A stretch of DNA of 64,000 nt from Candidatus Multivoradales bacterium (GTDB lineage: Bacteria; Acidobacteriota; Thermoanaerobaculia; Multivoradales; JAHEKO01). The translations under genes were made by a program, and so were the position numbers. Under the pieces are notes generated by a model, which was not told the origin of the DNA, did not search any database, and was given only the letters and a program-made list of their open reading frames with translations. The DNA lies in assembly GCA_965223855.1 (NCBI GenBank), contig CBDCXM010000009.1, positions 1,984,001 to 2,048,000 on the forward strand, read 5' to 3'. Position 1 is the first letter of the stretch, and each line of letters opens with the position of its first letter. Positions 1 through 9,092 of the stretch are shown here, piece by piece.

Positions 1-1
1 C

Positions 2-3000
2 AACCCCGACACCGGTTTCAGGTACTCGCGAGATTTCGGTCGCACCTGGATCGACCCGAACCCCGAGGCGGGACAGTTGGGCGGTACAGTCGTGCTCCAT
101 CCCGTCGTGCAGGACCGGCTGCTGCTGGCGACGGCCGACGGCATCCTCCTCTCGGAGGACGCAGGCGACACGTGGACGACCGTCGAGGCCGGGAGCAGAG
201 CGACTCAGATCGGTTTCTTCGGGCCGAACCCGGAGGTCGCCTACGCTGCAACTCTGGACGGCATTCTCCGGTCGAACGACGGGGGAGGCTCCTGGGAGCG
301 GGTCAACGAGATGGGGGGACTGGCCCTTGCGACGGACTCATCGTCGCCTGAGACGGTGTACGTCGCTTCGCCTGGAGCGTCCGCGTACCTGGGAAGAGTG
401 ACGGTTCCCCAGTTCGCGGCCGGAATCTGGGTGTCGCGCGACGGCGGCGAACATTTCTCGAGGCTAGGCCCGGAGATCCGAGCCCAAGCGAAGGCCATCG
501 ACGCCTTCCCCTTCCGGCCCGCCGTCACTCCCGGAGGCATTGCCACGTCCTCTTCCGACCCCGGTTTGCAGGGCCTCATTGCCGCGGGCGGGTCGGGGTC
601 CTTCGACGTCTCCTCCTTCGGAGCATTGTGTGACGGCGTGGAGGATGACACCTCAGCCATCCAGGCTGCGGTGGATGCCGCTGCACTGGCAAGCGGAGGT
701 ACCGTGGTGCTGCCAACGGGGATCTGTCGCATCGACGGCACGATCCAGATGGCCTCCGGGACCACTCTGATCGGCCAGGGAATCGGTGCGACCTTCCTTC
801 GAAGGGGCGGGATCAACTATCCGGCACCGCACTTCATGGTCGTCTTCGATGGCACCGAAGGGGCTTCGCTTCAGCACTTGACGATCGATGGCAGCCGCGG
901 CCTGGCCTCGGAAGCAACGGGCTCGCTGTCGGGAGTGGAGCTCGATTCGGCGCGAGAGATCTCGCTTCGATCGATTCAGATCAAGGCCCAGGAGGGCATC
1001 GGAGTGGTCGTGAACGGAACGACCACGGAGCTAGCCAACAGAGTCTCGATCCTGGACGCTCGCTTCGACGAAGTCGGCGGTGGCGCTCTCCTGTTGGAGG
1101 GTGAGTGGAGCGACGTGCTGGTGGCAGACTGCACGTTTGCCGACTACGAAGGCGTGCCGATTCGTCACGACGGCACCGGGTCTTCACTCCCGTCCACAGG
1201 TCTCGTCGTAAGCGGATCGCGCTTCACCAGTCAGAGTCCCCAGGTCGCGATTGAACTCGATTGGGTGGTTCGAACAAACATCAGTCAGAACGTGATCGCC
1301 GGCGGCATCGAGCTGGGCGAGGTGGGCTATGCAACGCTCGAGGAGAACGTCATTCGCTCTGACAGCGCTCCCGGCATCCTCGTGGACGACGAGTCGGGAC
1401 CTCTGGTCGTAGCCAACAACGTCGTGGAGAGTGCGGGGGACTGGGGTGTGCGAGCTCCCGTCGCCGGCGGTAGCCTGGTCGGCCTGTCCGTGGTCGGAAA
1501 TCGATTCCGCAGCGACGTGGGAGGAGTGTTCCTCTCAAAAGGGCGGGACGTGCTGATCAGTTCCAACAGCGTGGTAGCGACGTCCTCCGGGGGCACCAAC
1601 CACGGCCTTCTGGTCGCTTCTGATCTATCCGTCGAAAACGTCAGTATCACCAACAACGTCGTCAGGGACTCCCTGACGGGAATCGAAGTGGCCGTCGGTC
1701 AGGCATCCTTCGACACTGCGCTGGTAGCCGACAACCTCATCTATTCGAGCGTCGCCGGAGCTCAGGGGATCGTCATAGACGGCGCGATCTCGAACGCGCT
1801 GGACGGTGGCAACCAATCGGTCGAGATCGAACTCGACACCACGCCACCGACGCTCGCCTTCGTCAGCCCGACGAACGGTTCTTACGTCAACACCGCGAGT
1901 CCCGACTTGATCGTGGCCTTCTCCGACGCTCAGTCGGGAGTCGACACCGAAAGCCTCGCGTTCTTCGTCGACGGTGTCGCCGCTGCAAGCAGCTGCACCT
2001 TCGGCGTGGACAATGCCACCTGCCAACTGACGACTCCCTTGGCGGAGGGACCGGCGGCGCTCACGGCTTCCATCGCCGACCTGGAGGGCAACGTTTCGCC
2101 ACTGGCGGCATCCACGTTCACGGTCGACACCATCCCGCCCGACGCGGTCGATGTTCTGCTGGTTTCAGCCCCGGAGCCGACGGGTGGGAGCACGGCGCTG
2201 GCGGGCTCGCCAGGTGCGGCCGAAGGGTTGACGACCCTGACCGTGACGAATCGAAGTACCTCGGCGACCACAACGACGAACGTGGCCGCGGACGGCAGCT
2301 TCGCCCTGTCGGTTGCCGCGGAATCGGGCGATGTCCTCGAACTCGTGCTGACGGATGCGGCCGGCAACGCCAGCCCTCCGGCTCTAGTCTTCGCCGCTGT
2401 CCCGACGGCGTGCCATGAACCGCCGGACCCCAGCCTCGTAGCCGATCAGAGCCTGCTCTCCAATTACGACATCTTCGAGCATAGTCGCTTCCTTTGGGAA
2501 GGCGATCCTGCGGTCCAGATCGGTGTGCTCCCGGACGCTCTGCAGAGCGAGACGATGGCTCTCGTGCGTGGTTTCGTCTTCGACCGGGAAGGCAACCCGC
2601 TGCCCGGCGTATCGGTCTCGGTGCTGGACCGCCTTGAGTACGGTTGTACGGCAAGCCGAGTCGATGGCTCCTTCGACCTCGCCGTCACCGGTGGTCCTGC
2701 AGTGCTTTCCTTCGAGCGGGACGGCTACTTCTCGGTTCAACGGCGGCAGGACATCGCGGTTCGGGAGCTGACCTCGCTCGAGCAAGTCATCCTCACCGCG
2801 TTGCCCGCAACCGCCGATGCTCTCCTCCTGGGCGCCTCGACGGTGGAGGTCGCTAGGGGTGAGGTAGAGACCGATGCCGACGGCAGCCGACAAGCGACCG
2901 TCCTGGTGCCTGCCGGCGTCACAGCTGAACTCGAGATGCCGGACGGGTCCATGGTGCCGGCTCCCAACCTCACAGTGCGGATCAAGGAATTCACCGTGGG

Positions 3001-6000
3001 CGACCTCGGCCCCGACGCCATGCCGGGCGCTCTCCCTGCGGCCAGCGCCTACACCTACGCCTTCGAGGCCATCGCCGACGAGGCTGAGGCGGCGGGTGCC
3101 ACCTCGATCGTGTTCAGCGAACCGGTCTTCCACTACATCGAGAACTTCCTCGACTTCCCGGCCGGGACGGTAGTGCCCGTCGGGTTCTACGACCGCAAGC
3201 AGGGGCAATGGGTGGCGAGCGACGATGGCGTGGTGATCGACATCATCGGCATCGACGGCGCCGGCCTCGCGGAGCTCGACGTCGACGACTCCGGGCAGGC
3301 TGCGGACGCGGCGACCCTTGCCGGCCTCGGCTTCACGGACGCCGAGAGGGAGAAGCTTGCAACGCTCTATTCGGTCGGCGAGTCGCTCTGGAGGAGTCCG
3401 ATTCCCCATCTGACTCCGTGGGACTGCAACATGGCGTGGCGGAACTCGCCTGAGGACGCGATCAATCCCGATCCCGAGGTCACGGTCGGTGGCGGCGAGG
3501 AGTGCAACGACCAGCAGAGCGGCTCGATCATCGAGTGCCAGAACCAGGTCATCAGGGAGTCGATCCCGATAGCCGGGACGCCGTTCGCTTTGCACTACAG
3601 CAGCGAGCGAGTGGCGGGGCGGGAGTTCGACCGCATTCTCGACATCGAACTGACGCCGGACGAAGTGCCGGAGTCGCTGCAGACTGTGATCCTCGAGATC
3701 AAGGTGGCCGGTCAGGCGCATCGCTTCGAGTACCCGCCCCTGCCGGGCCTCCAGCACACCTTCATCTGGGATGGTCTCGACGCCTACGGGCGTCCGGTCG
3801 TCGGCGAGGTGGCGGTCAAAGGGAGAGTGGGCTTCAAGTATCCGTACCTGATCACCGGAGGGCCGGGCACTGGTCGCAGTTTCGGGCTCCCCTCCGCCTC
3901 GACCCTCACGCGCCCCTCGAGGGACGAGCTGATCGCCTGGGCAGACTTCAGCACCACGCTCCGCTCGCTGAATCTCGGACAGGACGGCGGCCCCCTGGGA
4001 CTCGGCTGGTCAGGCTGGTCGATCACTCCGCAACACATGCATGCCGTTCGCAGAATTGCCGAAGGCAGTCTCTACTTCGGTGATGGAAGCACCTACCCCT
4101 CGGATCAGTTGACGTTTCGGGAGGAGTTCCAGTTCGGCGGTGCCAACGTCGATTACTTCAAGTGGGAGAACGGCGGATGGGTTGTTGCCAACAACACCTT
4201 CCTCGCCGTGGATAGCATGACGACGGACGCGGCTGGCAACGTCTACGTCTCCGAAGGTGGGGGGATCTACAAGTTCATTCCGGGTGATGGCACCTATCGC
4301 ATCGCAGGTGGAGGCGGCTCCACCGCCGATGACATACCCGCAGTGGACGCGAGTCTCAACCAGCCCAGGAGGCTGGACGTGGGGGCCGACGGGACCCTCT
4401 ATTTTGCAGAGCACTTCGGCGGGAACCGAGTGCGACGCATCCGTCCTGACGGGATGATCGACACCGTCTTCTACGTCGACCGGCCTGCCGAGGTCTCGGT
4501 GGGGCCGGACGGGGCTCTCTACGTAGTAGAGAACGAGGGCTGGGACTCGATTCTGAAGGTCGATCCGGACTCGGGGGCGGCAGCGACGTTCGCTGGGGGT
4601 ACCGGCGACACCTGCTCCGACCCTGAGCGAGGTGATGGGGGGCCGGCGACTCTCGCCTGTCTCCGTCTGCACACCACCGTCATGAAACTGGGTTGGATGG
4701 CGGACGGCTCGATGTTGATCCCCGAGGGTCGAACCATGAACCGGATTCGCAGGGTCGCTCCCAGCGGCACGATCACCACGTTCATGGGCGACGACACTCC
4801 CGGCGATCCTGCCTACGGCCTCCACTACAGCAACTCGAGACTCGATTCTCCCAAGATGGTCGATGTCGATCCGGTCTCGGGCTCGATCCTGATTCTCGAC
4901 AGCGGCAATCGGCTCAGTCTGATCCAACCCGATGGGATCATCGTGCCGGTGGATGCGCCCGACGCTCGAGCGATGGAGTACTCGATCGACGGCCGAATGC
5001 ACTGGGTCAACGATCCTATCTTTCAGCCGCCCGCCCGGATGTACGTGCGGGAGTTCAGCGACTTCCGGGACGAGAACGGCAACTTCAACATCCCGTCACC
5101 GGATGCCAGCGCGATCTATCGCTTCGCACCGAACGGCCGGCATCTGGACACCGTCGATGCGGCCACGGGAGACCTGGTCTATCGCTTCAACTACGACGGC
5201 GCCGAGAGGCTCCAGAGCATCGAGGACCGCTACGGCTTGGAGATGACCGTTCAGCGCGGCGGTGGTGGGGCTCCCACCGCGTTGGTGGCCCCGCATGGGC
5301 AGGTGACCAACGTCACGGTCGATGGCGCGGGCAATCTGCTGTCCGTCGTCAATCCTGAAGGCGAGTCGTACTCGATGACCTATGGCGAGGGCGGCTTGCT
5401 GGAGTCGATCACCGACCCGCGAGACAACACGACATCGATGACCTATGACGCCGCCGGCCTGCTGCTGAGCGAGGAAGACGCCAAGGGCGCCACCAAGACC
5501 CTCACCCGAACTGCCGGCACCACCGACTACAGCGTCCTCTTCGCGACCGAAGAGGGTGCGACGGCCAACTACCACATACAGCGCAACGACGACGGAAGCC
5601 AGGACCGCACTCAGACGGACCCCGGAAACGTGGTCACCCTCACGCATCTGAAGAAGAACCTCGGTCGTACAGTGACCCGGCCGGACGGCACCGTCATCGA
5701 TCTCGAACTCGAAGACGACCCGAGGTTCGGAACCCAGTCGTTCGTCCCTCAGCTTCAGGTGGTCACTCCGCTGGGCCTGGTTCGAACGGTGACGACGACC
5801 CGCACGCCGACCTTCGTCGACCCCAGCGGCCCGCAGCGTGACCCGGCCAACCTCGAGACCCTGCTCGAGGAGGTCGACATCAACGGCGAGGTCTACTCGT
5901 CCCTCTACACGTCGGCGACCCGCACCTGGCAGCTGACGAGCCCGGAGGGCCGCACGGCTACCACGGTGCTGAATGCCGAAGGTGAAGTGGAGAGCGTCCA

Positions 6001-8248
6001 GCGTCCCGGCCTCCACCCGGTGACCATGACCTACGACACCGAGGGCCGGCTTGTAGAGACGCGGATGGGTGTAGCCCCGGACGAGCGAGTCACGACCTAC
6101 GCGTACGGCACGGCGGGATGGCTCGACTCGATGACGGACGCCGAGCAGCGCACCTTCGGGTGGCAGAGGGACCTCGTCGGCCGACCGCTCGTCACCGACT
6201 ATCCGGACGCGAGCCAGCTCGACACCGGATACGACGACAACGGCAACCTCATAGACCTCGCACCTCCCGGGCAGCCGTCGCACGCCTTCACCTACGACGA
6301 CGTGGACCTTCCCGATACCTATCAGGCCCCCGGCAATCCCGCGGAGGACCTTGACTTCAACCTCGATCGGCAGCCGATCACCCTCACCCGGCCCAGCGGC
6401 GAGGTCGTGACGTTCGAGTACGACGCCACCCGCAGGCTGACCAAGATCGACACGACGACCGACGACCACACGATGGTCTATCGATCCATCAGCAACCAGC
6501 TGCTATCCCTGTCGCACTGGCCTCAAGGCTCCGGCATCGGTACCGGCCAGACCCTGAGCTTCGAGTACGACGGCTTCCTGCCGACGAAGACCACCTGGTC
6601 AGGCACCGTCGGCGGCACGGTGCAGCACGACTACGACGACGACTTCCGCGTCGACAAGCAGACGGTCTACAACGGCCTGGTGATCTCGTACGGCTACGAC
6701 CTGGACAGCCTGCTGACCCAGGCCGGGTCGCTCGGCATCGTCCGCGACCCTGCGACCGGTTGGATCGACACTACGACGCTCGGCGTGATCGACACGAGCC
6801 AGGGCTACAACGGCTTCGGCGAGATGGACTCCTTCGAGGCAACCGTCTCTGCGGCCCCGGTCTATTCCGCTTCCTACGTCCACGACGACCTCGGCCGAAT
6901 CACCGAGAAGACCGAGACCATCGACGGCGTGACCTCGGTGTACGTCTACGAGTACGAAACGAGCGGTCGACTCGACAAGGTCTGGAAAGACGCCGCCCTG
7001 GTCGAGGACTACGGCTACGACGCCAACGGCAACCGCACCTCGTACGACGGCATGTTCGGGCCGGCGACCGGCAGCTACGACAGCCAGGATCGCCTCCAGA
7101 CCTACGGCTCGCGCACCTACAGCTTCGACGCCGACGGCGATCTCACGTCCGTCAGCTCCGGTGGCTTCCAGACGACCTACGACTACGACGCCATGGGCTC
7201 GCTGCGACAGGTCGTGCTCGATACCGGGGTCACCATCGACTACACCGTCGACGGGCTGAACCGCCGGGTCGGCAAGTCGATCGGCGGCGTGCTGGTGCAG
7301 GGCTTCCTCTACCAGGACCAGCTCAACCCGGTGGCGGAGCTCGACGGCGCGGGCAACGTGGTCAGCCAGTTCGTCTACGGCACGCGGGGGCACGTGCCGG
7401 ACTACATGACGAAGGGGGGCACGACCTACCGCATCGTTTCCGATCACCTCGGGAGCGTTCGCCTCGTCGTCAACACCTCGACGGGAGCGATCGTCCAGCG
7501 GATGGACTACGACTCGTTCGGGCGGGTGATCTTCGACGACAACCCGGGGTTCCAGCCATTCGGCTTTGCGGGCGGGTTGTACGAGCCGCAGACGGGGTTG
7601 GTGCGGTTCGGGGCGAGGGATTACGAGGCGGTGACGGGGCGGTGGACGGCTAAGGATCCGATTGGGTTTGGGGGTGGGGACAGCAATCTGTATTCGTATG
7701 TGGGACAGGATCCGGTGAATCTGGTGGATCCGAGTGGGGAGATTGTGCCGCTCGTAGTCGCGGGTGCGCTGGTTGGTGGTGCAGTTGCGGGAGGTCTGTA
7801 CGGGGCGTTCACGGATGACTTCACTTGGTGCGGGTTCTGGGGCGCTGTCGCCGGTGGCGCCATCGCCGGAGGGGTCGGTGTCGTTGCGACGCCGATTGCG
7901 GCGTCTCTAGGGTTAGGTACAGCCTGGACCGGGGCAGCGATAGTCAACGCGGGAGCAGGCCTGACTGCGGCGGTCGCGACAGCCGCGATTGACCCAGGCC
8001 AACCCTTGTCGATAGCGTTTCTTAGTACCTCTGCGGCGTTCGGAGGGCTAGGAGGTGCGCTCGGCGGAGCGGCGTTTCCAACGACAGGAATGTCCAACTT
8101 CCGCCAGGTTGGCTTTCCTAGGACATGGCGAGGAGTAACTCCGAGGGCGCTTGGCGGGACGATGGGGCAGAACGCGAGGCGTTCGGTTTGGCAGGGAGGA
8201 ACACTCGGTACAACGGTCGGATTTCTAGGTCCTTCTTATGTGCAATGA
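2..8248 (+). CDS. Giant teneurin-like RHS/YD-repeat protein (Asp-box propeller, pectate-lyase-like beta-helix, Ig-like, FN-plug, NHL, YD shell, RHS core, C-terminal tip); 5'-truncated
   Basis: The frame is open from nt 2 (NPDTGFRYSRDFGRTW), so the true start lies upstream. Asp-boxes SRDFGRTW, SEDAGDTW, SNDGGGSW, SRDGGEHF. Pectate_lyase_3-like start FDVSSFGALCDGVEDDTSAIQAAVD. Teneurin-like VRGFVFDREGNPLPGVSV..DGSFDL and HTFIWDGLDAYGR. Many YD repeats. RHS core PFGFAGGLY..GARDY..GRWTAKDP..NLYSYVGQDPVNLVDPSG. Confidence 0.93.
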   Translation, partial: NPDTGFRYSRDFGRTWIDPNPEAGQLGGTVVLHPVVQDRLLLATADGILLSEDAGDTWTTVEAGSRATQIGFFGPNPEVAYAATLDGILRSNDGGGSWERVNEMGGLALATDSSSPETVYVASPGASAYLGRVTVPQFAAGIWVSRDGGEHFSRLGPEIRAQAKAIDAFPFRPAVTPGGIATSSSDPGLQGLIAAGGSGSFDVSSFGALCDGVEDDTSAIQAAVDAAALASGGTVVLPTGICRIDGTIQMASGTTLIGQGIGATFLRRGGINYPAPHFMVVFDGTEGASLQHLTIDGSRGLASEATGSLSGVELDSAREISLRSIQIKAQEGIGVVVNGTTTELANRVSILDARFDEVGGGALLLEGEWSDVLVADCTFADYEGVPIRHDGTGSSLPSTGLVVSGSRFTSQSPQVAIELDWVVRTNISQNVIAGGIELGEVGYATLEENVIRSDSAPGILVDDESGPLVVANNVVESAGDWGVRAPVAGGSLVGLSVVGNRFRSDVGGVFLSKGRDVLISSNSVVATSSGGTNHGLLVASDLSVENVSITNNVVRDSLTGIEVAVGQASFDTALVADNLIYSSVAGAQGIVIDGAISNALDGGNQSVEIELDTTPPTLAFVSPTNGSYVNTASPDLIVAFSDAQSGVDTESLAFFVDGVAAASSCTFGVDNATCQLTTPLAEGPAALTASIADLEGNVSPLAASTFTVDTIPPDAVDVLLVSAPEPTGGSTALAGSPGAAEGLTTLTVTNRSTSATTTTNVAADGSFALSVAAESGDVLELVLTDAAGNASPPALVFAAVPTACHEPPDPSLVADQSLLSNYDIFEHSRFLWEGDPAVQIGVLPDALQSETMALVRGFVFDREGNPLPGVSVSVLDRLEYGCTASRVDGSFDLAVTGGPAVLSFERDGYFSVQRRQDIAVRELTSLEQVILTALPATADALLLGASTVEVARGEVETDADGSRQATVLVPAGVTAELEMPDGSMVPAPNLTVRIKEFTVGDLGPDAMPGALPAASAYTYAFEAIADEAEAAGATSIVFSEPVFHYIENFLDFPAGTVVPVGFYDRKQGQWVASDDGVVIDIIGIDGAGLAELDVDDSGQAADAATLAGLGFTDAEREKLATLYSVGESLWRSPIPHLTPWDCNMAWRNSPEDAINPDPEVTVGGGEECNDQQSGSIIECQNQVIRESIPIAGTPFALHYSSERVAGREFDRILDIELTPDEVPESLQTVILEIKVAGQAHRFEYPPLPGLQHTFIWDGLDAYGRPVVGEVAVKGRVGFKYPYLITGGPGTGRSFGLPSASTLTRPSRDELIAWADFSTTLRSLNLGQDGGPLGLGWSGWSITPQHMHAVRRIAEGSLYFGDGSTYPSDQLTFREEFQFGGANVDYFKWENGGWVVANNTFLAVDSMTTDAAGNVYVSEGGGIYKFIPGDGTYRIAGGGGSTADDIPAVDASLNQPRRLDVGADGTLYFAEHFGGNRVRRIRPDGMIDTVFYVDRPAEVSVGPDGALYVVENEGWDSILKVDPDSGAAATFAGGTGDTCSDPERGDGGPATLACLRLHTTVMKLGWMADGSMLIPEGRTMNRIRRVAPSGTITTFMGDDTPGDPAYGLHYSNSRLDSPKMVDVDPVSGSILILDSGNRLSLIQPDGIIVPVDAPDARAMEYSIDGRMHWVNDPIFQPPARMYVREFSDFRDENGNFNIPSPDASAIYRFAPNGRHLDTVDAATGDLVYRFNYDGAERLQSIEDRYGLEMTVQRGGGGAPTALVAPHGQVTNVTVDGAGNLLSVVNPEGESYSMTYGEGGLLESITDPRDNTTSMTYDAAGLLLSEEDAKGATKTLTRTAGTTDYSVLFATEEGATANYHIQRNDDGSQDRTQTDPGNVVTLTHLKKNLGRTVTRPDGTVIDLELEDDPRFGTQSFVPQLQVVTPLGLVRTVTTTRTPTFVDPSGPQRDPANLETLLEEVDINGEVYSSLYTSATRTWQLTSPEGRTATTVLNAEGEVESVQRPGLHPVTMTYDTEGRLVETRMGVAPDERVTTYAYGTAGWLDSMTDAEQRTFGWQRDLVGRPLVTDYPDASQLDTGYDDNGNLIDLAPPGQPSHAFTYDDVDLPDTYQAPGNPAEDLDFNLDRQPITLTRPSGEVVTFEYDATRRLTKIDTTTDDHTMVYRSISNQLLSLSHWPQGSGIGTGQTLSFEYDGFLPTKTTWSGTVGGTVQHDYDDDFRVDKQTVYNGLVISYGYDLDSLLTQAGSLGIVRDPATGWIDTTTLGVIDTSQGYNGFGEMDSFEATVSAAPVYSASYVHDDLGRITEKTETIDGVTSVYVYEYETSGRLDKVWKDAALVEDYGYDANGNRTSYDGMFGPATGSYDSQDRLQTYGSRTYSFDADGDLTSVSSGGFQTTYDYDAMGSLRQVVLDTGVTIDYTVDGLNRRVGKSIGGVLVQGFLYQDQLNPVAELDGAGNVVSQFVYGTRGHVPDYMTKGGTTYRIVSDHLGSVRLVVNTSTGAIVQRMDYDSFGRVIFDDNPGFQPFGFAGGLYEPQTGLVRFGARDYEAVTGRWTAKDPIGFGGGDSNLYSYVGQDPVNLVDPSGEIVPLVVAGALVGGAVAGGLYGAFTDDFTWCGFWGAVAGGAIAGGVGVVATPIAASLGLGTAWTGAAIVNAGAGLTAAVATAAIDPGQPLSIAFLSTSAAFGGLGGALGGAAFPTTGMSNFRQVGFPRTWRGVTPRALGGTMGQNARRSVWQGGTLGTTVGFLGPSYVQ

Positions 8249-8579
8249 GTTCTGCAAACGAGAGACTCTGGTGCCCGCCGCTACAGCGCTCGTGGTGTTT
8301 GGCTTAGTCACATGGACGACTTTCTCGGGTCCTTGCGAGGACCTGAAGATTCGCGGTTTCTTCGGCGGGATGGCTGCTGGGTTTGTGGCGAGCATACTTC
8401 TCGCTAAAGGTAGTTCACGCAAGGCCAGGCGCGGTCGTTTTCGAGCGCTTGCCGCCTCTATCATCTTGTTGGGGGCAGTTCTTCTTGCCGGTGTTTCGAA
8501 GCTTCTAGCGGCAGGGTTCTTTGCAGGAGCGGGAGTCGTGGTGATGTTTTGCCTTGCAGTCGAGGGTTTCCGCTCCTAG
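8238..8579 (+). CDS. Small multi-pass membrane protein, candidate immunity protein
   Basis: 113 aa with about 4 hydrophobic segments. It overlaps the RHS stop codon and shares the lower-GC composition of the toxin tip. Confidence 0.6.
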   Translation: MCNEFCKRETLVPAATALVVFGLVTWTTFSGPCEDLKIRGFFGGMAAGFVASILLAKGSSRKARRGRFRALAASIILLGAVLLAGVSKLLAAGFFAGAGVVVMFCLAVEGFRS

Positions 8580-8686
8580 AGTGCTCTTAGAGGTTCGCGC
8601 CCCTCCTAGAGGTGCCCCCTCCTAGAGGTGCCACTCGAATCCTGTAGGAATCCGGCCCCCCTAGAGGTGCCCCCTCCTAGAGGTTC
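8572..8686 (+). repeat. Array of short (CCCCT)CCTAGAGGT(G/T)C mini-hairpin repeats
   Basis: Exact 16-mers CCCCTCCTAGAGGTGC at 8600-8615 and 8616-8631. Variants at about 8572, 8585, 8656 and 8671, with another at 8882. Confidence 0.9.
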
Positions 8687-9092
8687 CGGGTGAATAGTCG
8701 AGAGCGAGGCTGCTTCGTGGTGGAGCCGCTCATGGGGAGCTTGTCGACCCTCGCGGTCAGGCCCTGAGCGCGCTGTGCATGCTTGAGATCCCGGCTTGGG
8801 AGCAGCTCTCACGGTGCTCAGCGCGACCTGGACGGTCTCTCCGACCCGCTTGCGCATAGCAATCCCTCGACCTCGGAGGGTCCCCTCCTAGAGGTTCCGG
8901 GTGAATAGTCGAGAGCGAGGCTGCTTCGTGGTGGAGCCGCTCATGGGGAGCTTGTCGACCCTCGCGGTCAGGCCCTGAGCGCGCTGTGCATGCTTGAGAT
9001 CCCGGCTTGGGAGCAGCTCTCACGGTGCTCAGCGCGACCTGGACGGTCTCTCCGACCCGCTTGCGCATAGCAATCCCTCGACCTCGGAGGGT
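8671..9092 (+). repeat. 211-bp tandem direct duplication (8671-8881, 8882-9092), rich in stem-loops
   Basis: The two copies read identical by eye, and each starts with CCCCTCCTAGAGGTTC. Confidence 0.95.

Noticed and set aside
8572-9092. CRISPR array
   Set aside because: The repeats are 16 nt, irregularly spaced or head-to-tail, have no unique regular spacers, and no cas genes are present.
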